DNA of 64,000 nt from an uncultured bacterium (GTDB taxonomy: Bacteria; Chlamydiota; Chlamydiia; Chlamydiales; Rhabdochlamydiaceae): contig CAZOKX010000003.1 in the NCBI GenBank assembly GCA_964580785.1, positions 2,512-66,511 on the forward strand, in the 5' to 3' direction. The first letter of the stretch is position 1. Each line of letters opens with the position of its first letter. Below, one piece after another: positions 56,079-64,000 of the stretch. The notes under the pieces are model-generated. The model ran no database searches, had not been told where the DNA came from, and saw nothing but the letters and a program-made list of their open reading frames with translations. The translations under genes and the position numbers were made by a program.

Positions 56079-56423
56079 TTAGACTTTACTGACGATTTCG
56101 ATAGTTACGGGATACAATTCTTCAACCATTTTCCGCTTTGTTTGACTTAAGGCTGTATCTTTGCCTTTAGTATCCACAAAGCTTATCTCACCATTCGCAT
56201 AGAAGATCTGAAAATCACATACGTAACGAACTTTCCCCGGCAAATCGAATGGAATCTGCCTTAAGAAGAATAAAACTTCACCTGCTTTTTGGAGCATTTG
56301 CAGTTTATCATAGTAGTTTCTCTCTAACTTCGAGGGAAATTTCTTTCCATCTCGTTCACAGGGGATAGCGCCAAATTTGTGTCGGGGCCTCCTCCCAAAA
56401 GGTTGTTTAAACACGATAGGCAT
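56079..56423 (-). CDS. DUF1064-like small nuclease-fold phage protein
   Basis: 114 aa. KFPSKLERNYYDKLQMLQKAGEVLFFLRQIPFDL…YVCDFQIFYANGEISFVDTKG fits the DUF1064 pattern. Confidence 0.55.
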   Translation of the reverse strand: MPIVFKQPFGRRPRHKFGAIPCERDGKKFPSKLERNYYDKLQMLQKAGEVLFFLRQIPFDLPGKVRYVCDFQIFYANGEISFVDTKGKDTALSQTKRKMVEELYPVTIEIVSKV

Positions 56424-56583
56424 AACTCCTTCTATTTAAATTTGTTTATACAAAGCCCATTCTGTCAGATCTTTTCTTTAGGAGCAATTACCCTTCTATA
56501 ATGCTTTCTTGCTAAATTGCTATAGTTCTGTTATGGCAGGAATTAAAGAAACCGCTTTAGATCAGCACTTTGCTGGGAGGATT

Positions 56584-57561
56584 ATGAGAAGCAACCCTTT
56601 TTCGATATTGGTATTTTTTCTAATTTTATGCATTGGGACGGCATTGGGCTATCCAATCTATAAAACTAACCCAGATGATTTCTTATGGATCTTAGGGGGT
56701 ACATTCCTTATCGCACTTCTCCTTGCCTCTTCTATCAAAATTGCAAATCAATGGGACAGGGCGATAGTTCTACGCCTAGGTCACTTTCGGGCCTTGAAAG
56801 GGCCTGGATTATTTTTGATTGTCCCAATCATCGATAAGATTTCCTACTGGATCGATATCCGCGTCATCACAACTGCGTTCAAAGCGGAAAAGACCCTAAC
56901 CAAAGATACAGTGCCAGTAGATGTTGATGCAGTTCTCTTCTGGAAAGTGATAGATCCAAAAAAAGCGGCGTTAGAGATAGCCGACTACGAAAGCGCTATA
57001 GGTTGGGCATCTCAAACAGCTCTGCGTGATGTCATCGGAACGACAATGCTTTCAGATATGCTTGAAGGGAGAAACAAGATTAGCAACGAGCTACAAAAGA
57101 TCATAGATGAGCGTACAGAGCCTTGGGGCGTCAATGTCATTTCTGTCGAGATCAAGGATGTCTTAATTCCCCCTGCTTTGGAAAACGCTATGTCGATGCA
57201 AGCGCAAGCGGAAAGAGAGCGTCAGGCCCGTGTAATTCTGGGAGATTCTGAACGCCAGATAGCTGAAAAGTTTGGTGAGGCAGCCTTGACCTATGCCAAC
57301 AATCCTACGGCTTTACATCTACGAGCAATGAATATGCTTTACGAGGGGTTGAAAGAAAACTCTACCATTGTCCTTGTTCCTAGCTCTGCTATTGAATCGA
57401 TGCAGCTAGGTGGCCTTGCAGGGATGACAGCCATGACCATGGGATTAGAGCAGAAAAAGGCAGAATTGGAACAGAAACAAGCTCACAAAAGAAAAGACGC
57501 TGAAGTTGAGAAAAAAGATAAACGAAAAGCCTTAGAAAATGACGAGCCAGAAGATGCATAG
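56584..57561 (+). CDS. SPFH/band-7 (stomatin-like) membrane protein
   Basis: The start is moved to MRSNPF at 56584 (GGGAGG just upstream; the track starts at TTG 56509). …QWDRAIVLRLGHFRALKGPGLFLIVPIIDK…VISVEIKDVLIP…. Confidence 0.85.
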   Translation: MRSNPFSILVFFLILCIGTALGYPIYKTNPDDFLWILGGTFLIALLLASSIKIANQWDRAIVLRLGHFRALKGPGLFLIVPIIDKISYWIDIRVITTAFKAEKTLTKDTVPVDVDAVLFWKVIDPKKAALEIADYESAIGWASQTALRDVIGTTMLSDMLEGRNKISNELQKIIDERTEPWGVNVISVEIKDVLIPPALENAMSMQAQAERERQARVILGDSERQIAEKFGEAALTYANNPTALHLRAMNMLYEGLKENSTIVLVPSSAIESMQLGGLAGMTAMTMGLEQKKAELEQKQAHKRKDAEVEKKDKRKALENDEPEDA

Positions 57562-57715
57562 AATGAGATAGGGGATTCTGAAAGGAATGAGCAATGGTTT
57601 TAAAGAATTCAAAATCCATAGCCATCCATATTTACGAAGTCTTAGATTCCTTGATTTTTGCAAGCCCAAAAAATATTATTTCGTATAAAGTACACTAGAT
57701 AGATAGGAAACTGGT

Positions 57716-58519
57716 ATGGGAGAACGCTTCGAGCAATTTTTTAAGCAACGCAGGGGACTGGCGATTGCCATTATCCTTTTCTTGGTATTGACACTTGTTT
57801 TTGTTGTGCCGAAAATTTATTTCTCTTTCGACGAAGGTAATAAGAAAACGTACTGGGGTACCTTTTTGCTCAGCTTCGGGATCATCATGTATGTATTCTT
57901 TGGGAGAAAATCTGCAAAAGAGGCTCCCCCTAAAGAGAAAATTGTGGAATCATCCTCAGCTCCACGGTCTTATCAAAAGCTCTTAGATGAAGTAGCCCGT
58001 TGTTCAACGGAGTTGAAAAAACATCGAAGGTGGGCTTATGCTTGCCTCATGATGGGTTGGATCGCCTTATTGATAGGGAGATGGAGTGATTATCCTCCTT
58101 ACAACCATCCTATAATCGCAATTCCTGTTTTTGCATTAGCGCTGCTAGGGGCTACAAAATCTTTAGAAGAGGAGAATGAGCTAGATGCGAGCATTGCCAA
58201 ATGCATCGCTGAAGGAATAGAGATAGAGAAAAAACGGCCAGGGCTTAAATCAAGCTACTTTCAAGATGCTGCAACCGGTTATGAGGGGTGGGGAATGTGG
58301 GCATTCGCTTTCATACGAGTTTCCCCACCTATGATGATTATCTTTTCCCTTCTCAATAACGGTCCTCTTTCTCTTATTGTCAACCACTTATCTCTTCCTT
58401 GGTGGACTGCCAGCTGTTTTTCTGGTCTCATTCTTGGATTCTCTTTTCTCTTTTTGGCAAGGATTGCCTGCCGTCATTATTACTGGCTGCTCGAGAAAAT
58501 GAAGACTATCCCAGCGTGA
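57716..58519 (+). CDS. Hypothetical polytopic membrane protein
   Basis: 267-aa ORF with about 6 hydrophobic helices, downstream of the SPFH gene. Not recognisably NfeD-like. Confidence 0.5.
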   Translation: MGERFEQFFKQRRGLAIAIILFLVLTLVFVVPKIYFSFDEGNKKTYWGTFLLSFGIIMYVFFGRKSAKEAPPKEKIVESSSAPRSYQKLLDEVARCSTELKKHRRWAYACLMMGWIALLIGRWSDYPPYNHPIIAIPVFALALLGATKSLEEENELDASIAKCIAEGIEIEKKRPGLKSSYFQDAATGYEGWGMWAFAFIRVSPPMMIIFSLLNNGPLSLIVNHLSLPWWTASCFSGLILGFSFLFLARIACRHYYWLLEKMKTIPA

Positions 58520-58526
58520 AAACTCT

Positions 58527-58658
58527 TTATTTGGTAGCCTGCACGCTCTCTTGTCCGTATTCAGTTTCACCATGAGGATGAACATCAGGTTCTTCTGGCG
58601 AGCAAGATGTCAGGAGAGATGTAATTAGAAAAGATGTCATCAACAATAGAAGACGCAT
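58527..58658 (-). CDS. ORF absent from the supplied track: 43-aa candidate lipoprotein
   Basis: Hand translation gives MRLLLLMTSFLITSLLTSCSPEEPDVHPHGETEYGQESVQATK. Lipobox LTSC. GAGG 5 nt upstream. Confidence 0.3.
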   Translation of the reverse strand: MRLLLLMTSFLITSLLTSCSPEEPDVHPHGETEYGQESVQATK

Positions 58659-58951
58659 TAAAACCTCGCTTTTCCTTTCTATTAACGTCTTCTTCTTTTT
58701 TGTACTATATTAATTCTACAAGAACGACAAAACGGACTGATTCAGAAAGACTTGGATTAGCATTGTTCTATAGGAATCTACGAGTAGGAGTGGACATCAA
58801 GAAGAAGAAAAATAATTAGAAATAAAAACCTTGCTAATGTTAGGATGCCCGATAAATCAATCGTTTAGCCATTTTGGAAGTCTCTGAGAGGACTTTAGAC
58901 AAAAGCCGTCTTCTTGCTGCCTGGGATTGATTTATTAAATAGGAGGATCCC

Positions 58952-60985
58952 TTGCTGCGATATTCCAAGCTTTTTGTAAACTCTGTACTCCTTCTCACAA
59001 TGCCATCTGTTGCTCTTTATCCTCAAAGTCATACTCCCCAAACCACATTTCAAGTGAAAAAAGTCAACTTCGAAGAGAAACAGATAACACGGGATTATGT
59101 GTTGTCCTATGATGAAATCCTTCACCTGCTTGATCAGATCGAATCCGGTGAATTAGAAGCGAAATGCTCTGATGAACAGGTAGCGAACATCGCTAATTTT
59201 GTCGCCTTGTTAGCAAAAGAAGGAGTCCTGCCGGACAATTCTCCAGAAAGTTTATCCCTTGATGATGATATTGAGGACCTTCTCAATGGAGAAGATAACA
59301 TTTATGAAGATGCCGTTTCTTTTGTAACTCCTGGTGAATACCAATACATGATCGTCCCTGCCGTTTTATATGGAAACGGCGAAGTCGTTCTTTGCAAAAG
59401 CTGGGTGCAAAAACAATGGAAGCATGTCAAAAAATTCGCTAAAAAGCATAAGAAAGCGCTTATTATCGGAGCTGCAGTGGTCGTCGCAGCTGCCGTTGTA
59501 GTTGTTGCAGTAGCAGCTGCATCTTCTGCAGCAGCGGCAGGAGCCGCTGGAGCAGCTACGGGAGGAGCGTCAGGAGGTGGAGGTGCAGCAGCGGGAGCTG
59601 CAGGAGCCACAGCCGCAGGTGTAGCGGCAGCGGCAGCCGCTTCTGACAATGAGTCTGATAAAAAGAATCAAAAAGAGGGGTCTTCCTCCTCTCCTTCAGT
59701 TCCAACTGATATCCCACCTGGGATGGCAGCAACTCAAGAAGCTCCAACCTTAAGATCCGCTCTTAATGATCAAGCCTATTCCTTCAAAGAAAATATCGTG
59801 CAAAATCAGTTCTTTCAGCCTACAAACCCAGCAATCCATAATCAGGGACTATCATGGGAAGAAAACGCACGAGCTCTAGGCTCTCTTTTTGCCCACGATA
59901 GCTACAATAATCTTCAAAATCAGATTCCTTACTATCCAAGACTTGCCCAAGAGGTTGCAGATATTAACTCAAAATATACTTTCCCGATTCCAGGCGGATA
60001 TCAGGGAACTTCAACTGGCCATCCTGAAATTGATCGAAAATTTTCGACCGATTATACCTCTCTTTATTCAAATCCAGGCCAAGAAGTCGATTTTAACACT
60101 CTTTCCCATCAGGTTCGAGGAGAAAGGGCCTTAGCTTTTGGATATTATAATCAGGCAGTCCAGGATTTAGGAAAAGCAATTGAGACGAATCCAACGAACC
60201 CAGTCCCCTATCTTGAGAGAGGGGTCGCTCACTTTGGATTAGGTCAATATGATCGTTCTCTAGAAGATTATAAGCAGTTTACTGCACAGATCCAAAAAAA
60301 CAATTCCCTTTCTATCCCTGAGTTTAGTCTAGGCTTTGCCAAAGGGCTCCCCCAGGGAATGTATGCATCAGGCCGTGGCCTTCTTAGGTTTGTATCTGAT
60401 GCAACTATCCATCCTATTCGTACAGCGGAACAAATGTATGAGGCTTTCACACTTTTCAGCGGTTTAGCACGCGCTGGAGAATGGGAAACATTGCGTGAGG
60501 TTTTAGCCCCAGAAGTTCATCAGCTTATTAATGAGTGGGATACACTTCCTTCCGATCGACGTGGAGAATTAGTTGGATTTGCCTTTGGAAAATATGGAGC
60601 TGATATTCTTGCTCCAGCTGCTTTATTAAAAGCTTTTTCAAAAGGAGTAAGGGGAGCTCAAGAACTCAATGCAGCCTATAGAGGACTCAAAACGGCTGAA
60701 CAGACCTTTCTTCTTGAATCGGCTGCAGGTATAGGAAACGGTGCGAAAATTGCAGAAGTTGTCCAATTGGAAAAGCAAATTTCTGGCTGGCTAGGGGAGG
60801 GCACGCAGTTTATTCGCAATAAAGCAGGAGATCCTGTTTTTCTTTCTAAAGATGGGTTAAGGCGTGTTCGGTTTGACTTTAACAACCCACATGGGGATAA
60901 GTTACATCTTCACATTGAACATAAGATTGGAGGAAGATGGGAAGATGCTTCATCACAACATAGGATATATCCGAGAAATGAATAA
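58952..60985 (+). CDS. Large membrane-anchored protein with Ala/Gly-rich hydrophobic tract, TPR-like repeat and a distinct C-terminal ~70-aa domain (putative polymorphic toxin/effector)
   Basis: 677 aa. TTG start with AGGAGG 5 nt upstream. Hydrophobic tract at aa 169-230. TPR-like AFGYYNQAVQDLGKAIETNPTNPVPYLERGVAHFGLGQYDRSLEDYKQF. C-terminal …GLRRVRFDFNNPHGDKLHLHIEHKIGGRWED. Confidence 0.6.
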   Translation: MLRYSKLFVNSVLLLTMPSVALYPQSHTPQTTFQVKKVNFEEKQITRDYVLSYDEILHLLDQIESGELEAKCSDEQVANIANFVALLAKEGVLPDNSPESLSLDDDIEDLLNGEDNIYEDAVSFVTPGEYQYMIVPAVLYGNGEVVLCKSWVQKQWKHVKKFAKKHKKALIIGAAVVVAAAVVVVAVAAASSAAAAGAAGAATGGASGGGGAAAGAAGATAAGVAAAAAASDNESDKKNQKEGSSSSPSVPTDIPPGMAATQEAPTLRSALNDQAYSFKENIVQNQFFQPTNPAIHNQGLSWEENARALGSLFAHDSYNNLQNQIPYYPRLAQEVADINSKYTFPIPGGYQGTSTGHPEIDRKFSTDYTSLYSNPGQEVDFNTLSHQVRGERALAFGYYNQAVQDLGKAIETNPTNPVPYLERGVAHFGLGQYDRSLEDYKQFTAQIQKNNSLSIPEFSLGFAKGLPQGMYASGRGLLRFVSDATIHPIRTAEQMYEAFTLFSGLARAGEWETLREVLAPEVHQLINEWDTLPSDRRGELVGFAFGKYGADILAPAALLKAFSKGVRGAQELNAAYRGLKTAEQTFLLESAAGIGNGAKIAEVVQLEKQISGWLGEGTQFIRNKAGDPVFLSKDGLRRVRFDFNNPHGDKLHLHIEHKIGGRWEDASSQHRIYPRNE

Positions 60986-61214
60986 CGGAAACTTTAAAAA
61001 ATTTGAATGCAAGAAAAATAATATATATTATGTAATTGAAGAAGATTTAGTTGGTTGGTATTTGATCGTCTATAATGACGAAAATAAAAACGAATCTTCT
61101 AAAGATTATTTATTTGATACATTGGAAGATGCGATATTTGAAGCTGAAGATAAATTCAGTATACCTAAAAATAGTTGGAAAGAATTTCTGGGTAAAAGCA
61201 AAACAAACAGATAG
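60978..61214 (+). CDS. Small AT-rich ORF coupled to the putative toxin (immunity-like)
   Basis: The start MNNGNFKKF at 60978 overlaps the upstream stop (ATGAATAA). 78 aa. Visibly AT-richer than the flanks. Confidence 0.45.
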   Translation: MNNGNFKKFECKKNNIYYVIEEDLVGWYLIVYNDENKNESSKDYLFDTLEDAIFEAEDKFSIPKNSWKEFLGKSKTNR

Positions 61215-61228
61215 ATTCGAGTATTATT

Positions 61229-61468
61229 GTGCGAATTTTAGATGATAAATCTGATAAAAAGTTAGACACAGTTACCCTCTTCTTAACTCAGGAAGAGGCA
61301 CTACAGCTCAGAAGTGATTTAGATCAGTTGCTAGCTAAGCCCAAACTCCACCATACACATCTATCGAGCGAAAATTACCAGAAAGAGATCACTGTCTGTG
61401 TGTATGATGAAAAAAATTTGCAGGGATTCCACCCGAGAGCAATAAAACTCATCAAAGAAGATATTTAG
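61229..61468 (+). CDS. Small hypothetical protein (GTG start)
   Basis: 79-aa ORF between the two immunity-like genes. The start is uncertain. Confidence 0.35.
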   Translation: MRILDDKSDKKLDTVTLFLTQEEALQLRSDLDQLLAKPKLHHTHLSSENYQKEITVCVYDEKNLQGFHPRAIKLIKEDI

Positions 61469-61485
61469 CTCGGAAAATCGGCAAA

Positions 61486-62106
61486 ATGCTTGATAAATTC
61501 GAAATGGCTAAAAATAAAGAGTCAGGGTCTATAACTTCTCCTGAAAAAGAATTGAGAGATCCAGACTTTTGCATTGGAGGCTTTGAGTTATGGATTTATG
61601 GACGGCAATTTCCTGATTCGGATGATTATTGGGATGGTAATTGGCTAGATGTTATAGCACGCTGTACTGCAGCTTCTTCGGTAGTAGAAGCTGCTGGATG
61701 TATTCTTCATCTTGCCGAGCTGCATGGGCTAATGGCTGAATGTAAACAAATATATGATACTTTAGCTGGGGAAGCAAAGCTGGAGTGCCTAGAACCCAAT
61801 ATTGGCCTAAAAATAAAGATGAAAAATGGAGGCCATTGTGAATTAACCGTTTCTATTACTCCTGATCATCTTTATCAAGAGCACTCCTTTATTTTTGATC
61901 TAGATCAGTCCTATCTTCCACCGCTCATAAAAAGTCTTGAACTGATATTACATTCCTATCCCGTAAAAGGGTGGAACCACCACTCTCCCATACGTACTTC
62001 TCATGAAGCTAACAATAACAAAGAAATTTTAAGGAAGGTTTTTAACACCGTCCCAGCCTGGATAAAAAGGAGTATTTCCTGTTTTCTTGGGAAACGATTT
62101 CTATAA
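61486..62106 (+). CDS. Immunity-like protein (WapI-family-like pattern)
   Basis: 206 aa. GGFELWIYGRQFPDSDDYWDGNWLDVIARC resembles the E-F-P…Y-(W/Y)-D-x-N-W-L signature I recall for WapI-type immunity proteins. Confidence 0.45.
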   Translation: MLDKFEMAKNKESGSITSPEKELRDPDFCIGGFELWIYGRQFPDSDDYWDGNWLDVIARCTAASSVVEAAGCILHLAELHGLMAECKQIYDTLAGEAKLECLEPNIGLKIKMKNGGHCELTVSITPDHLYQEHSFIFDLDQSYLPPLIKSLELILHSYPVKGWNHHSPIRTSHEANNNKEILRKVFNTVPAWIKRSISCFLGKRFL

Positions 62107-62403
62107 ACTTGCTGCTGTAGCCTCTTTCAGCCTCTTAGCTTCCTCTCTTCTAGCTTTGTCTCTTTCCATTTTGAGTTTCAGCTTTTGCTGCTTTAGCTTA
62201 ATCTTTTCAATCAACTTTTCAGACAGACCTAGATCTTCCAGAGTAACGCGTCCTCCTGTTGCTTTCACAATTTTGACAGCCACATTAGAGCGGGGGACTC
62301 CTCCCTTGAGATAACTATAGAGCGACTCCTTACAAAGGTTATGATTTTTAGCGAATCTATTGACCGTCAGATAATTAGCCGTTAGCCAATCGTTTAATTT
62401 CAT
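62101..62403 (-). CDS. Cro/YdaS-like HTH regulator, copy 1
   Basis: 100 aa. MKLNDWL…LKGGVPRSNVAVKIVKATGGRVTLEDLGL, with a Lys/Arg-rich tail. Confidence 0.6.
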   Translation of the reverse strand: MKLNDWLTANYLTVNRFAKNHNLCKESLYSYLKGGVPRSNVAVKIVKATGGRVTLEDLGLSEKLIEKIKLKQQKLKLKMERDKARREEAKRLKEATAASL

Positions 62404-62421
62404 TGCTCTTGCCTTGAGAAT

Positions 62422-62742
62422 TTAGGAGGAACCATTAGAGGTCAGTTGAAGATTGTTAGCCGCGTCCACTTGGTCTTGCGCAGCCCTTTTGGCTTTATCT
62501 CGCTCTTTTCTTTCTCGCATCTTCTGCTGCTTGAGACGTATTTTATCGATAGTGGTTTGTTCTAAGCCCAAATCTTCTAAAGTGACTTCTCCGCCAGTTG
62601 CTTTCACGATTTTTATAGCGATATTTGAACGTGGGACGCCACCTTTAATGTATGTATAAACAGATTCCTCACAAAAGTCATTGTACTTGCAAAACTTGGG
62701 AACTGAAATACACTTAAAAATCAGCCAATCCTTTAACTTCAT
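62422..62742 (-). CDS. Cro/YdaS-like HTH regulator, copy 2 (tandem paralogue)
   Basis: 106 aa. MKLKDWL…IKGGVPRSNIAIKIVKATGGEVTLEDLGL. Confidence 0.6.
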   Translation of the reverse strand: MKLKDWLIFKCISVPKFCKYNDFCEESVYTYIKGGVPRSNIAIKIVKATGGEVTLEDLGLEQTTIDKIRLKQQKMRERKERDKAKRAAQDQVDAANNLQLTSNGSS

Positions 62743-62801
62743 GTCTATCCTAAAAAATTTAAACCGTATTGTAGAGTTCCTACTAATTTAGGAACAAGCT
62801 T

Positions 62802-63299
62802 TTACTGGGCAATAGAGCGCTCTTCTTCTACGAGTTTTTTGTAGGTTTCCCAAAGACCTACATCGACTTCTTTCGCACGGATCATATCGAGCATAAGCTT
62901 CTGGACTTGTCCAATAGTTTGGTGAGGAGACAACATTGCGATCAAATCTTCAGAGCCCTCGATTTTGGAAATTTTCAACGCATTGAGAAGCTGATTGATC
63001 ATTGACTTTTTGATCGTAAGATCTACAGTTCTTTTCATCTTTAGACCAGGCTTTGGAGCAGAAGAGAGAGGCTCGGGATTTTCCTTGTCCAAGATATACT
63101 CCCGAATCATCTGTTGTAATTCCTCTGGACTAGTTTTCTTAAGTTTTACAAAAGCAAAATGATGGAGATAGCCTTTTTTTCCAGGTATGTACCGACTGAG
63201 ATCTGTTTCCTTCTGAACGCCTACTTTTTTCATCGCATCGGCAATGCACTCGTTGAGCTCTTCGACGGGATTTCTCTCTAGCAGTGTACTTGTGACCAT
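62802..63299 (-). CDS. Hypothetical protein upstream of the Cro-like pair
   Basis: 165-aa ORF. No family recognised. Confidence 0.45.
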   Translation of the reverse strand: MVTSTLLERNPVEELNECIADAMKKVGVQKETDLSRYIPGKKGYLHHFAFVKLKKTSPEELQQMIREYILDKENPEPLSSAPKPGLKMKRTVDLTIKKSMINQLLNALKISKIEGSEDLIAMLSPHQTIGQVQKLMLDMIRAKEVDVGLWETYKKLVEEERSIAQ

Positions 63300-63437
63300 T
63301 CAACACCTTTCCTTTTGGTTGTTAACTTTTTACACGGTGCTCAAATCGCCTAAATTTGTCAATATACTTGAAGAAATTTTTTTGAGAAAGAGCGTTTAGT
63401 AGTAATTGTAGAAACCCCTTTGCGAGAGCAAAAGCTT

Positions 63438-63587
63438 CTGTTTTGTAGTTTTTTATGGAGTGTTTGCAAAACAGGAAAAACTGCCCTTATTCAGTAAGAA
63501 AAAACTACATCTGAAAATGCAGAACTAATACGCGCATTATCAAGAACTTGCAGTTTTGCAAACGCCTCATAAAAAACTACAAAACTG
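63438..63587. repeat. 37-bp imperfect inverted repeat (32/37) with a 76-bp spacer, plus a flanking ~21-bp direct repeat
   Basis: Left arm 63438-63474 CTGTTTTGTAGTTTTTTATGGAGTGTTTGCAAAACAG. Right arm 63551-63587 is its near reverse complement. Direct repeat GAAAAACTG-C-C--ATTCAG at 63474-63494 and 63602-63623. Confidence 0.6.
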
Positions 63588-63781
63588 GCATTCAAGTACA
63601 GAGAAAAACTGACACTCATTCAGGTCTTCTATTTCGGTTTTTTTCATAAGAAAAAATAGCCTTTAAAATTTCCTTGAGGTTGCTATTGCGATCCTCAATA
63701 GATTCTGCTATGGTCAGATTAAAGCTAAAATTTTTACCTAAAAGTCTAGCATGCCGCTAGACCTTTAAAGATGAGGGTGGC

Positions 63782-64000
63782 ATGACGATCAATTTCCCGA
63801 GAGAAGAAGAGAATTTGTCTCCAAAGGATGGATTTATCGCATATAAGAATCTTGCAGACTATCATCTACATTTCCTCAAGCAACAATCGAAGTGTGAGTT
63901 TTTCTACTGGAAGGGGCTGGGGGTTTTCTTTTTACTGAGCATGGGACTTTTCGTTTTACACGACCACGATTTTGCGTTCTCTCCTTTCCTTGGCATCTCC
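63782..64000 (+). CDS. Partial ORF running off the window (hypothetical membrane protein)
   Basis: ATG at 63782 with GAGGGTGG upstream. 73 codons stay open to the window end. Hydrophobic GLGVFFLLSMGLFVL. Confidence 0.35.
   Translation, partial: MTINFPREEENLSPKDGFIAYKNLADYHLHFLKQQSKCEFFYWKGLGVFFLLSMGLFVLHDHDFAFSPFLGIS

Noticed and set aside
59302-59747. Antisense ORFs encoding poly-Ala/Pro peptides (59302-59649, 59556-59747)
   Set aside because: These are artefacts of the GCN-repeat DNA that encodes the Ala/Gly tract of the 677-aa plus-strand protein.
1-64000. tRNA, rRNA, tmRNA genes or a tRNA-type att site near the integrase
   Set aside because: Reading the intergenic regions (36.8-37.4, 45.4-46.2, 48.3-48.5, 52.3-52.8, 58.5-58.95 and 63.3-63.8 kb), I saw no cloverleaf-like arm pattern or rRNA-like segment. 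A tRNAscan/Infernal run would be the decisive check.

Overview
This window reads as a mosaic mobile replicon, most likely from a Chlamydia-related (environmental Chlamydiae) bacterium. All family names come from reading the translations and recalled motifs, not from database searches. (i) 0.3-7.4 kb is a replication/partition backbone: a 41-bp iteron array, a putative Rep, a primase/DnaB-type helicase fusion, and ParA with ribbon-helix-helix partners. (ii) 7.3-36.8 kb is one uninterrupted minus-strand block of about 38 genes encoding a complete contractile-tailed (myovirus-type) virion. It holds an unusually large fibre/receptor-binding cluster, baseplate, tape measure, a chaperone with a probable -1 frameshift, tube, an HNH insertion, sheath, neck, capsid, scaffold-like, MuF-like and portal genes. 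(iii) 36.9-51.3 kb is cargo: two P1B-type heavy-metal ATPases, a TolC-like outer-membrane protein, a multicopper oxidase, small Cys/Met-rich ORFs absent from the supplied track, a STAND-like ATPase, a truncated MFS gene, a Nudix hydrolase and secreted/membrane proteins. (iv) 51.3-56.4 kb holds a tyrosine recombinase resembling chlamydial plasmid Pgp7/Pgp8, then terminase large and small subunits, a ParB-methyltransferase fusion and a DUF1064-like protein. (v) 56.5-64 kb holds an SPFH protein, membrane proteins, a 677-aa putative toxin with immunity-like genes, tandem Cro/YdaS-like regulators and a long inverted repeat. I saw no rRNA, tRNA or CRISPR array. The main candidate novelty is a tailed phage-plasmid on a chlamydial plasmid-type backbone, with its terminase-portal junction split by a 16-kb metal-resistance island.
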